A stretch of 64,000 bases of DNA from NCBI GenBank assembly GCA_043799545.1, contig JAZDNO010000006.1, positions 96,001-160,000 on the forward strand, in the 5' to 3' direction. A model generated the notes under the pieces. It was not told the origin of the DNA. It was given only the letters and a program-made list of their open reading frames with translations, and searched no databases. Of the stretch, positions 19,526 through 28,498 are shown one piece after another; position 1 is the first letter of the stretch, and the number at the start of each line of letters is the position of its first letter. This DNA is from Methanobacteriota archaeon. Its GTDB lineage: Archaea > Thermoplasmatota > Thermoplasmata > SG8-5 > DAIRED01. Both the position numbers and the translations under genes were made by a program.

Positions 19526-20560
19526 ATGGAAAAGCTGGTCATAGCGTCTGTCAGGAAGAGCGCCGGGAAAACGTCCGTCATCATCGGAATGGCAAAGTCG
19601 TTGAAGGGGAAGCCGGGATACATGAAGCCCTTCGGGGACCGCCTTCTGTACAAGAAGAAGCGCCTGTGGGATTACGATGCCGCGCTGGCGACCAACATGC
19701 TGGGGCTGGATCAGGACCCGGAAAACATCACCATCGGCTTCGAGCACTCCAAGCTGAGGTACATGTACGACGAGAAGGCAACGAAGGATAAGCTGGTCGA
19801 GATATCCGCGTGCGCCAGCAAAGGGAAGGAAACGCTCTTTGTCGAGGCCGGAAGGGACCTGTCGTACGGCGTTTCTGTTGGACTGGATGCGATTTCAATC
19901 GCTAAGGCGATAGACGGCAAGGCCGTCGTAATAGTCAGCGGCGACCCAGAGTCGGTCGTGGACGACGTGACCTTCCTGGACAAGTACGTGAACGCCAAGG
20001 GCGCGCGCCTCGCGGGAGTGATAATCAACAAGGTACAGGACGTGCAGGATTTCGGGGACACCTACCTGCCTCGCATCGAGGGAGTGGGCATACCGGTCCT
20101 CGGGATGCTCCCCCACCACCCGGAGCTGTCCAAATTCTCCGTGAGCTACCTGGCCGACCGCCTTTTTGCGAAGGTCATCACAGGCGAGGGGAACATGGGC
20201 CGGACAGTGGACAACGTATTCATCGGCGCCATGTCGGCGACGGCCGCGATGCAGAACGCGCAGTTCAAGAAGGGCGGGAAGCTCATCATCACCAGCGGGG
20301 ACAGGAGCGACATGATTGTGGCGGCGCTGGAAACGGACACGGCAGCGGTGATAATCACCAACAACGTGCTCCCGTCTTCGAGCATCATATCAAAGGCCGC
20401 CGAGCGGAACGTGCCGCTGCTGGTCGTGCCCGGGGACACCTACGGCACCGCGAGGCAAATCGAGGGCATGGAACCCCTTCTCACCAAGGACGATACGGGA
20501 AAGGCGGAGCTGCTGGCAGAGAGCGTGAGGAAGAACATCAACATGAAGGCGCTGCTGTAA
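19526..20560 (+). CDS. DRTGG-domain protein (BioD-like N-terminal part of phosphotransacetylase)
   Basis: SAGKTS P-loop, GYMKPFG, IITSGDRSD, VPGDTY. Confidence 0.85.
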   Translation: MEKLVIASVRKSAGKTSVIIGMAKSLKGKPGYMKPFGDRLLYKKKRLWDYDAALATNMLGLDQDPENITIGFEHSKLRYMYDEKATKDKLVEISACASKGKETLFVEAGRDLSYGVSVGLDAISIAKAIDGKAVVIVSGDPESVVDDVTFLDKYVNAKGARLAGVIINKVQDVQDFGDTYLPRIEGVGIPVLGMLPHHPELSKFSVSYLADRLFAKVITGEGNMGRTVDNVFIGAMSATAAMQNAQFKKGGKLIITSGDRSDMIVAALETDTAAVIITNNVLPSSSIISKAAERNVPLLVVPGDTYGTARQIEGMEPLLTKDDTGKAELLAESVRKNINMKALL

Positions 20561-20612
20561 ATCTTTATCACATCTCGTTCAATGGCTCGGGACTCGAAGA
20601 TAACCAGTGCCC

Positions 20613-21242
20613 CTAGTCCATAAAAATGTATCCGGACACGATGTGGATGTCGAGCTCCACGGTACCCGAAGGAACGGCATCTGAGCTTCTCAGAGGGTTG
20701 TCCGTGTTGTCGAACACTACGATTAGGTTGTACGATCCCGCCGTCTGAAATTCGCAGGCCTGGGAGAGCGTGTCCTCGTCCTCCCACATCTCGGTTGCCG
20801 AGAACACGGCAGGCGTGTAATTGCCGTACGTCCCGTCGTACTGCGGCGCGTTCATCAGATACACGTCGACGTTCGAGCCAGATGTCACGTTCATGAATAT
20901 CCATACCTTAGAGGGGGACCAGCCGGCGTCTACTTTGAAGTGCGCCCCCTCCGAGAGTGTGACGCTGCCTTCAAAGACATCGCTGGTCCCGCCCTGGTCG
21001 AAGCTGGACAGAGCGACGAAGAAGACGGCCGCGGGGATGACGATCATGATTAGCAGTAAAACCACTGCGACTATCGTGGTTCCCTTGATGCGGTCGTCCC
21101 TCGGCGGTTGGAGCGGCGGGTACGGGGGGTAGGGCGCGTAATACGGCGGGTAGTAGTAGGAAGGCGCCTGGATTGGCTGCTGCAGCGGTTCCTGAACCGG
21201 CATTTGACTAACGTCCGGACCCACATTGTTTTCACCGGTCAT
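20613..21242 (-). CDS. Hypothetical membrane-anchored protein
   Basis: Pro/Tyr-rich N-terminus (YYYPPYYAPYPPYPP), one long hydrophobic helix, then a beta-rich domain. Confidence 0.7.
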   Translation of the reverse strand: MTGENNVGPDVSQMPVQEPLQQPIQAPSYYYPPYYAPYPPYPPLQPPRDDRIKGTTIVAVVLLLIMIVIPAAVFFVALSSFDQGGTSDVFEGSVTLSEGAHFKVDAGWSPSKVWIFMNVTSGSNVDVYLMNAPQYDGTYGNYTPAVFSATEMWEDEDTLSQACEFQTAGSYNLIVVFDNTDNPLRSSDAVPSGTVELDIHIVSGYIFMD

Positions 21243-21287
21243 GCATCATCAATGCTCCGCTGCGTTATTAAATTTTATGGATTCAGC

Positions 21288-21752
21288 TCACTCTATCATG
21301 TTCTGGTCAGGCCTGTCGACGACCCTGTCGCAGTAGAGGCACCTGAGCTTCACTGGCTCCTTCGACTCGACTGTGAAAGAGGGCTCTATCGGCTCGTTGA
21401 GGTTGGAGATGCAGGACTGGTTGGGGCAGCGCACTATCCCTTTAACGAGCTCAGGGAGATCCGGCGTGTACTTCTTGATGACCTCGAAGTTGCGGATGAT
21501 GCTTATCGTGGCGTGCGGCGCCACGAGCGCAATCTGGTTCACCTCGCGTTGCTTCAGCTCCCTGCCCTCGACCTTGACGATGTCCTTCCACTTCTGCTTC
21601 TTGCTCGGGGCCTTGATGAGGACCGTCACGGTCCATTCCGGCGCACCCGAGACGAGCCCCATTATCTTCAGAACCTTGAGCGCGTTCCCGCATTCGATGT
21701 GGTCGATTACAGTCCCGTTCTCAATCGGCGGGACCTTCATGTCCTTGCCCAT
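21288..21752 (-). CDS. pyrI: Aspartate carbamoyltransferase regulatory subunit
   Basis: IENGTVIDHI, KDIVKVEG, CPNQSCIS, CLYCD. Confidence 0.96.
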   Translation of the reverse strand: MGKDMKVPPIENGTVIDHIECGNALKVLKIMGLVSGAPEWTVTVLIKAPSKKQKWKDIVKVEGRELKQREVNQIALVAPHATISIIRNFEVIKKYTPDLPELVKGIVRCPNQSCISNLNEPIEPSFTVESKEPVKLRCLYCDRVVDRPDQNMIE

Positions 21753-22682
21753 TCAGTCCACCTCCCCCAGGACCAGTGCCAGGAGCGCCATTCTCACAGG
21801 CACGCCGTAGAACGCCTGCTTGAAGTACATCGCATGCTTCGTCGAATCGACGTCCGGCGATATCTCCGTCACCCTCGGCAGGGGATGCATGACAATGAGC
21901 TTCTCACCGGCGCACTTGAGCAGTTCCGCGTTGACCTGGTACGTGCCTGCGACGCGCTGGTATTCGTTCGGGTCGGGGAACCGCTCCTTCTGTATCCTCG
22001 TCACGTAAAGGGCGTTCGCCTCCTTCACAGCCTCGTCCAGCCTCGTCGTGGTTTTCAGCTCGGCTCCCTGGGCGTTCAGCCTGTCCATTATCTCCTTCGG
22101 CATCTGCAGTTCCTTCGGGGCCACGAAGATTAGCTTTGCGCCGAACATCGCCAGCGCGTACGCAAGGGAGTGCACGGTCCTGCCGTACTTGAGGTCGCCG
22201 ACCATGGCTATGGTCTTGCCGTCTATGGCGCCGAGCTCCTCCCGGAGGGTGAACAAATCGAGCATCGTCTGCGTCGGATGCTGGCCAGCGCCGTCGCCGG
22301 CGTTGATGACCGGCTTGGAGCAGAACTCCGCGGCAAGCCTGGCCGCGCCCTCGTGCGGGTGCCTAAGCACCATCGCGTCCGAGTAAGCCTCGGCCATCTT
22401 CGCCGTGTCGGCGAGAGTCTCGCCCTTCTTCATCGATGTGACGTTCGGGTCTGCGAAACCTATGTATCGTCCGCCGAGCCTGCAAATCGCGCTCTGGAAA
22501 GAGAGCCTGGTGCGCGTGCTGGGTTCGTAGAAGAACGTCGACAGAACGTGGTTCCCCAGCATGTTGCTGCGCTTCTTTCCCTCGGCGATGGGCAGCATCT
22601 CCCTCGCGACGTCGAGGATGTGCTCTATATCCTGGCGCGAAAATTCCCGAATGGACACGATGTCCCGGCCCTTGAAGCTCAT
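21753..22682 (-). CDS. pyrB: Aspartate carbamoyltransferase catalytic subunit
   Basis: FYEPSTRTRLSF, HPTQTMLD, GDLKYGRTVHSL, MHPLPR. Confidence 0.97.
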   Translation of the reverse strand: MSFKGRDIVSIREFSRQDIEHILDVAREMLPIAEGKKRSNMLGNHVLSTFFYEPSTRTRLSFQSAICRLGGRYIGFADPNVTSMKKGETLADTAKMAEAYSDAMVLRHPHEGAARLAAEFCSKPVINAGDGAGQHPTQTMLDLFTLREELGAIDGKTIAMVGDLKYGRTVHSLAYALAMFGAKLIFVAPKELQMPKEIMDRLNAQGAELKTTTRLDEAVKEANALYVTRIQKERFPDPNEYQRVAGTYQVNAELLKCAGEKLIVMHPLPRVTEISPDVDSTKHAMYFKQAFYGVPVRMALLALVLGEVD

Positions 22683-22765
22683 GTCAACCGGGAAAGGTGT
22701 AAGGTCATTTACGATATTACCCTTTGTGAGGAAGCGTTAAATCAGGACTTGCCTTTACGAGCACG

Positions 22766-24139
22766 ATGCCTGAAGCGCAGAAGCCGAGCGGTTTTGAGAA
22801 AGCCTCGACGGTGCTGGCCCCGACGCTCAACACCCTCGTTTTTATAATAATCGCCCGTGAGCTGGGCGCCGAATCCCTGGGCTCCGTGGCGCTGTATCTG
22901 TCTTTGGCGGCTTGCATAACGCTCTCCTTCGACCTCGGTCACGCCTGGGGAGGTGCGGGCGGGAGATCTTTGCGCGCGCTGGTGCACCTCTCGTTCACGA
23001 TGGCGGGTTTCGTGCTGGCGGCCGTGGGATGGCTGGTCGTCGGATGCGACTGCATCATCGCGCTTGGGCTTTACGCCGCTTACCACGGCGCGACTTCCGC
23101 TGCAATCGCCATTTCGCAGGATGGCGGAACCTCGGCGAAGGCGGGGCTGGCAGACGGAATCTTGCGCGTCGCAATTCTCGCGCCGCTTATTTACGTATTT
23201 TGGGAAGGGGGATCAGGACCCTTGACCATTCCCATAGCTTTCATCTTCGCGGTTGGGGGGTTGGCGGCGCTGGCCGTTGCAACAGCTAGATACACTCCGC
23301 TCAGCATCTCGGCTGCGCGCTCCGAGCTGGGCGAGGCATCTGGCGGCGCGTTTGCTTTCTCGATTCTCGCCGGCCTGATGATGTGGGTCGACAAGCCCTT
23401 GCTTTACCTCCTGGATGGAGAAGTCTCGCTCGGTTTCTACTTTGCAGTCCAGCGAACAGTTGTCTTCATCGGTGCGGCTGGCGTGGTGATTGCTGGCATG
23501 GTGTCGGGCAGGTTTTCTTTGATTGACCGAGAAGCGGGCAAGCGTTTGGCGACGCTGATGGAAAGGTACGCCTCGTTGTGCGTCATCCCCATGGGAGCGT
23601 TCTACATCGCCTTTTCCAGGCAAATCGTGGCGACCTTCTTCGGGATGGGCTATGCCGCGCACCACGCGCTCATGTATCCGATGGCGTTTGCCGGAGTTTT
23701 TACCGCACTGGCATCTCCGTCTTTATCGTGGCTTGCGAGCGATTCCAAGTGGCGCGCACTTGCCGTTGCCGCTGGCTCAGCACTAACGGTATTAGTATGC
23801 CTCGCAGTGGCGTTGCTGGAGTCGGAGATCATCGAAGACCCGTCGACAGCGGCGGCGGTCGGCTGCGCCATTTCATCGCTCGCTCTCTACGTGTCGGTGC
23901 GCGCGATTCTCCTGCGCGATGGCGTGCGGATGCATGGAAACATGCCCAAGCACGTCGCATGCGCCGTTGGAATGGCCATCTCTTTGCATTGGGTCTCAAC
24001 CAGCTTCGCAGCATTGGGGCTCGCAGAGCTGGTGTTTTTAGCGCTCGCAGGCGTCCTTGTCTACGGTTTGCTGCTCTACCTCTTCGGAGAATTCATGCAG
24101 GGTGAATACGGCGAGTTCAAGGCATTGCGCGGGGTGTGA
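22766..24139 (+). CDS. Oligosaccharide flippase-like (MOP superfamily) membrane protein
   Basis: 12-14 hydrophobic segments; IARELGAESLG and WVDKPLL...LGFYFAVQR patterns typical of Wzx-like flippases. Confidence 0.65.
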   Translation: MPEAQKPSGFEKASTVLAPTLNTLVFIIIARELGAESLGSVALYLSLAACITLSFDLGHAWGGAGGRSLRALVHLSFTMAGFVLAAVGWLVVGCDCIIALGLYAAYHGATSAAIAISQDGGTSAKAGLADGILRVAILAPLIYVFWEGGSGPLTIPIAFIFAVGGLAALAVATARYTPLSISAARSELGEASGGAFAFSILAGLMMWVDKPLLYLLDGEVSLGFYFAVQRTVVFIGAAGVVIAGMVSGRFSLIDREAGKRLATLMERYASLCVIPMGAFYIAFSRQIVATFFGMGYAAHHALMYPMAFAGVFTALASPSLSWLASDSKWRALAVAAGSALTVLVCLAVALLESEIIEDPSTAAAVGCAISSLALYVSVRAILLRDGVRMHGNMPKHVACAVGMAISLHWVSTSFAALGLAELVFLALAGVLVYGLLLYLFGEFMQGEYGEFKALRGV

Positions 24140-24145
24140 GGAATC

Positions 24146-24586
24146 TCATTTGCAGCCCTTGCAGCTGTCGTGCCCGTCTTGATGGCAATCGATGTCGCGC
24201 GGGGCTGGCCTGGGCTTCCCATCTTTCCTGGCTCTGTAATCCTCGATTGCAGCGTGTAGGGCATCCGCGGCGAGGTTCGAGCAGTGCATCTTGATTGGCG
24301 GCAGTCCGTCAAGCGCTCCCGCGACGTCTCCGCGCGTTATCCTGATGGCTTCGTCGAGCGTCTTGCCCTTTGCAAGCTCCGTGGTCATGCTGCTGGTGGC
24401 AATTGCGGCGGCGCATCCGAAAGTCTTGAACTTGATATCCTCAATGACTCCGTCCTTCACCTTGATGTACATTGTCATCAGGTCGCCACAGGTCGGGTTT
24501 CCCACCTCTCCGACCCCGTCCGCATCCGGGATCTCGACGACGTTCTTCGGGTTCTTGAAATGCTCCATGACCTTTTCGCTGTACAT
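24146..24586 (-). CDS. iscU: IscU/NifU Fe-S cluster scaffold
   Basis: YSEKVMEHFKNPKN, GNPTCGD, FGCAAAIA, KMHCSNLA. Confidence 0.95.
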   Translation of the reverse strand: MYSEKVMEHFKNPKNVVEIPDADGVGEVGNPTCGDLMTMYIKVKDGVIEDIKFKTFGCAAAIATSSMTTELAKGKTLDEAIRITRGDVAGALDGLPPIKMHCSNLAADALHAAIEDYRARKDGKPRPAPRDIDCHQDGHDSCKGCK

Positions 24587-24688
24587 ACTCCTCCCAAAGG
24601 AGCCGTCTCATTAATAATTTCCCCCGCCGCGCAAAGGAATGGATTGGCAACCGTAAAATACTCAGACCTCGATGTGGGCTCAGCCTAG

Positions 24689-25585
24689 GTGATCGTCATG
24701 GATGAGATGAGCATATACATAGACGGAAAGTACTACCCGAAAGCGCAGGCCAAGATATCGGTTTACGACCACGGCCTGCTTTACGGGGACGGGATTTTCG
24801 AGGGAATTCGAATATACGACGGTAATATATACCGATTGAATTCGCATCTTGAGCGGCTTTACGAGTCTGCCAAGACGATAATGCTGACAATCCCTATGAG
24901 CATCGATGAGCTGAGGGATGCGTGCGTCGCGACCGTGAAGAAGAACGGCCTCCGCGATGCGTACATACGCCTGATGGTCACAAGGGGAGTGGGGGATCTG
25001 GGCCTTGACCCGAGGAAGTGCCCCAGGGCGACCGTGATAATCATCGTGGACCGCATCAAGATGTTCCCTGCGGAGTATTACACCAAAGGTTTGGAGGTCG
25101 CCACCGTGCCGACGACCAGGAACATGTCCGACGCCCTCAACCCGAAGATCAAGTCGTTAAACTACCTCAACAACGTCATGGCGAAGATAGAGGCGAACAA
25201 CATGGGCGTGCCAGAGGGTCTATTGCTCAGCGCCCAGGGCTATGTGACCGAGGGGACGGGGGACAACATCTTCATAATCCGGGACAAGATACTCCAGACT
25301 CCGCCGACGTACGACGGCGCTCTGGCCGGCATAACCCGCAGCTCCATCGTCTACATGGCCAAAGACCTGGGCTACACATGCGAAAAGAAAACCCTGACCC
25401 GCCACGACCTCTATAACGCTGAGGAGTGCTTCTTGACCGGGACAGCCGCAGAGCTAATCCCGGTCGTCAAAATCGATGGCAGGGTCATAGGAACGGGAAA
25501 GCCCGGGCCGATATTCAAGAAGCTTCTCGCAGAGTTCAGGAAGCTGACGAAGGTGGATGGTTACAGGGTGTACAAGAAGAAATAA
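24689..25585 (+). CDS. ilvE: Branched-chain amino acid aminotransferase
   Basis: LLYGDGIFEGIR, KSLNYLNN (PLP Lys), EGTGDNIF, LAGITR, LTGTAAE. Confidence 0.95.
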   Translation: MIVMDEMSIYIDGKYYPKAQAKISVYDHGLLYGDGIFEGIRIYDGNIYRLNSHLERLYESAKTIMLTIPMSIDELRDACVATVKKNGLRDAYIRLMVTRGVGDLGLDPRKCPRATVIIIVDRIKMFPAEYYTKGLEVATVPTTRNMSDALNPKIKSLNYLNNVMAKIEANNMGVPEGLLLSAQGYVTEGTGDNIFIIRDKILQTPPTYDGALAGITRSSIVYMAKDLGYTCEKKTLTRHDLYNAEECFLTGTAAELIPVVKIDGRVIGTGKPGPIFKKLLAEFRKLTKVDGYRVYKKK

Positions 25586-25590
25586 TTAGG

Positions 25591-25672
25591 GCCACTGGAG
25601 GGATTTGAACCGACGACCAGTTGGATAGCAATGCTATATGTCCCCTATGGTGGTCTAAGTTCAAATCCCATC
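25591..25672. repeat. Hairpin unit downstream of tRNA-Thr made of sense and antisense copies of its T-arm/3' end
   Basis: 25591-25611 equals 25700-25720 (21 nt exact); GGGATTTGAAC (25600-25610) and GTTCAAATCCC (25659-25669) form an 11-bp inverted repeat; inner GACCA/TGGTC stem. Confidence 0.85.
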
Positions 25673-25698
25673 AAGCTAGGAGCGATATAAATAAATTA

Positions 25699-25772
25699 AG
25701 CCACTGGAGGGATTTGAACCCCCGACCTGCTGATTACAAATCAGCCGCTCCACCGAGCTAAGCTACAGTGGC
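25699..25772 (-). tRNA. tRNA-Thr(UGU), intronless, CCA not encoded
   Basis: GCCACTG-TA-GCTTAGCTCGGTGGAGC-G-GCTGA-TTTGTAA-TCAGC-AGGTC-GGGGGTTCAAATCCCTC-CAGTGGC cloverleaf. Confidence 0.97.
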
Positions 25773-25818
25773 GTTTTATTGCTTATGAATGGATTTGTAT
25801 TTCCGACGGACTCCCGAA

Positions 25819-25911
25819 GCTGAGCCGGAACAAATGCATTGTGGCTCAGCGAGGCACAGACCTTCACCAACCGGAAGGCTGGTCTAGTGCACCGAGCTAA
25901 GCTACAGTGGC
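25819..25911. repeat. Hairpin units upstream of tRNA-Thr made of sense and antisense copies of its 5' end/D-arm
   Basis: 25890-25911 equals 25751-25772 (22 nt exact); GTGGCTCAGC (25841-25850) is an imperfect inverted copy of GCTAAGCTAC (25896-25905); perfect 8-bp IR at 25819-25826/25843-25850. Confidence 0.85.
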
Positions 25912-25965
25912 ATTATACCAGAGCGAAATCATAGGAAACGTTTAAAGTTAATCATTGTTTCGCTG

Positions 25966-26955
25966 TTGCTGATGAAAAAATTCGAAAGATGCATTAGGAA
26001 AGACGAATTCGCCGCAGCCTGGTCCGAGCAAGAAACGGAGACCGAGCGCGCTTTCGTAATCATCCTGAGGACGTCCGGCTGCGCTTGGGCCGCCAGGGGC
26101 GGGTGCCTTATGTGCGGCTACTCGTCCGAATCGCTCCAAGGCGTGTGCCAGGAAGACATCGAGGCGCAGGTGGCGAAGGCGCTGGCGAAGTACTCCGGCG
26201 AGGCCGTTGTCAAGCTCTACACATCCGGGAGCTTCCTCGACGAGAAGGAAATCCCCGACCCAGCGAGGATATGGCAGACGTTGCTCGATGCTGGCGCGCG
26301 CAGGCTTCTGGTGGAATCCCGCCCGGAATTCGTCGAGCCGTCCTTATCCGACATCGAGCCGTTCAAGGGGAAACTCGAAGTTGCCATGGGACTGGAAACG
26401 GCCAACGACAGTGTGCGCGAACGCTGCGTGAGGAAGGGATTTACCTTTGCGGATTTTTCCGCGGCATCCGAATCGCTGAGGGGCGCTGGCTCGACCGTGC
26501 GCACCTACCTCCTTCTCAAGCCACTTTTCCTGGGGGAGGCCGACGCGATGGCGGACGCTCTCTCCTCGGTCGGCACGGCGTCCGCGCATTCTGACGTCAT
26601 TTCACTCAACCCTGTCAACGTCCAGAGGCGGACTCTCGTGGAGCGAATGTGGCGCCGGGCTGAATATAGGCCTCCGTGGCTGTGGTCTATTGCGGAGGTG
26701 CTCTCGAAGGCGGAAAAGGGGAAGGCGCGTTTGGTCTCATCTCCGTCGGGAGGCGGCACGCAGCGCGGCGCTCACAATTGCGGGAAATGCGACGCCGTCT
26801 TCCTGGATGCCGTTTCAAAATATTCCCTGACCCAGGATGCGGATGTTTTCCGCGGGCTCGGATGCGAGTGCTCGGAGCTATGGCGGGACATTCTCGAACT
26901 GGAAAGCCGGGCGATGACGACCACAGATTTGGAGCGCACTTCCTGGCGCGGCTAG
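25966..26955 (+). CDS. Archaeosine biosynthesis radical SAM protein RaSEA (TIGR01210-like)
   Basis: ILRTSGCAWAARGGCLMCGY extended Cys motif, KLYTSGSFLD, ESRPEF, YRPPWLWS, GAHNCGKC. Confidence 0.85.
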   Translation: MLMKKFERCIRKDEFAAAWSEQETETERAFVIILRTSGCAWAARGGCLMCGYSSESLQGVCQEDIEAQVAKALAKYSGEAVVKLYTSGSFLDEKEIPDPARIWQTLLDAGARRLLVESRPEFVEPSLSDIEPFKGKLEVAMGLETANDSVRERCVRKGFTFADFSAASESLRGAGSTVRTYLLLKPLFLGEADAMADALSSVGTASAHSDVISLNPVNVQRRTLVERMWRRAEYRPPWLWSIAEVLSKAEKGKARLVSSPSGGGTQRGAHNCGKCDAVFLDAVSKYSLTQDADVFRGLGCECSELWRDILELESRAMTTTDLERTSWRG

Positions 26956-26992
26956 CGAACCGGTTATATCCGGGCAGGGCATCACCGGCGGC

Positions 26993-27481
26993 ATGACGCT
27001 CCTTTCAGACGCGGAAATCAAGCGGTGGATGACCGATGGCTCGCTCCGCATCGCGCCGTTCGCCGAGAAGAACCTCACTCCCAACGGCTACGACCTCACC
27101 ATCGAGGAAGTGCTGATACCAGGCCAGGCCAAAGCGTTCGACGTGACTGTCCCACCGATGTCACGCTTCGTTGTGAGCACCAGGGAGCGGGTGGAGCTGA
27201 ACGGGCCATTCACTGCGCAGCTGTGGATAAGGACGACATGGGCTCGGCGCGGCGTGCTGGCATCTTTTGGCAGAATAGACGCCGGTTTTAAAGGGACACT
27301 CACCCTGGCGGCATTCAACGCGTCGGCCGAGCCGCTGCCGGTCAGGGCTGGGGAGACTTTCGCGCAATTAGTCTTTGAGCCTCTGGCCGGCGGCGTTGAA
27401 AAGACTTACGCCGAGCGCTCGGGGAATTACCAGGACCAGAAAGGAGTGACCCTGGCAAAAGACAAATCTCGGGTGGTTTGA
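26993..27481 (+). CDS. dcd: dCTP deaminase
   Basis: LSDAEI, TPNGYDL, RTTWARRG, IDAGFKGTLTL, FAQLVF. Confidence 0.85.
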   Translation: MTLLSDAEIKRWMTDGSLRIAPFAEKNLTPNGYDLTIEEVLIPGQAKAFDVTVPPMSRFVVSTRERVELNGPFTAQLWIRTTWARRGVLASFGRIDAGFKGTLTLAAFNASAEPLPVRAGETFAQLVFEPLAGGVEKTYAERSGNYQDQKGVTLAKDKSRVV

Positions 27482-27495
27482 CAAGCCACGTTATC

Positions 27496-28488
27496 TCAAT
27501 CTCTTTTTAAATCGTATGCAACCACCGAAGAGCCAGGCGAATATGGGTGGACGATGTTCCACGACCAGCATGTGGCTCCCCGGGCGAGAGCCTCAAGCTC
27601 CCTGGCGCGCCCCCCCTCCGCACCCTTGTCGACAACCTGATAGACGTGAAGCCATGCGCCTGGCGCCGAGGCCTTTAACGCTTCTGGCAGGAACTCGTGA
27701 GCGCTGTGCGGCAGGTTCATGATTATCCGGTCCGCAGGACCGAGCTTCGGGGCCAGTTCCCGGGCGTCCCCGTGGTGCGCGCTAACGGAGCCCGCCTTGT
27801 TCCTGGCGATGTTCGCGCGCAGGAATTCAATGGCGTGGGCGTTCGCGTCCACGCAGGTGACCGACGAGGGCTTGGCTTTCTTCGCGATGAGTATTGAGAA
27901 CGGGCCGACCCCGCAGAACATGTCCAGCACGCGCTCCCCCTTTGCCACGAGCTGGGCGATTCGCCACCGCTCGTTCGCGAGCCTGGGAGAGAAATAGACC
28001 TGGGCCAGGTCGAGCTCCAGCTCGATGCCGTACTCCCTGTGGACGGTGCGCGTGCTCTGCCTTCCGGCGACGACCTTCAGGGATCGGACGCGAAGCTCTC
28101 CCTCTACGCCCTGGTCAAGCGCTGCGGAGGCCAGGTTCCTGTTCGCCGCAAGCATGGCCTTTCCGATCTCAGTCGCGTGCGGTGCAAGCTCGTCAGGGAG
28201 TTTGAAGATGGCAACGTCCCCGACGATGTCGAACGAAGACGGCAAGAGCGCCTTCAACCCATCGGGAACTTCAGCCACATCCTTGTAGCTTTTGATACGG
28301 CTGGGAGCTGGTTCGAAATCGTCCTCGCCAACAGGGTAACCCATTGCGGGCCCATCGAGGACGGGCATGTAGACATGGGTCCCATCGGACTTTATGCTGA
28401 GGTCTCCTCTCAGTAGCCTTGCCTCTGAAAGCTTTTTACGGGCGGACTCGCCTTCCCCTCTGGGCACGATAACGCATCGGGCTCTCAC
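27496..28488 (-). CDS. trm5: tRNA m1G37 methyltransferase, Trm5/Met-10+ family
   Basis: SFDIVGDVA, YFSPRLANER, DMFCGVGPF, IIMNLPHSA. Start placed at GTG 28488 to avoid overlap with dph5. Confidence 0.85.
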   Translation of the reverse strand: MRARCVIVPRGEGESARKKLSEARLLRGDLSIKSDGTHVYMPVLDGPAMGYPVGEDDFEPAPSRIKSYKDVAEVPDGLKALLPSSFDIVGDVAIFKLPDELAPHATEIGKAMLAANRNLASAALDQGVEGELRVRSLKVVAGRQSTRTVHREYGIELELDLAQVYFSPRLANERWRIAQLVAKGERVLDMFCGVGPFSILIAKKAKPSSVTCVDANAHAIEFLRANIARNKAGSVSAHHGDARELAPKLGPADRIIMNLPHSAHEFLPEALKASAPGAWLHVYQVVDKGAEGGRARELEALARGATCWSWNIVHPYSPGSSVVAYDLKRD

Positions 28489-28498
28489 GGTGCAACGC

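Noticed and set aside
25591-25911. A second, intron-containing or split tRNA-Thr formed from the outer 5' and 3' copies
   Set aside because: No GAGC D-stem 3' strand or valid 7-nt anticodon loop could be recovered by removing segments, and the outer T-stem has two mismatches (GTCGG vs CCCTC). Kept only as a repeat finding; a tRNAscan-SE/SPLITS run would settle it
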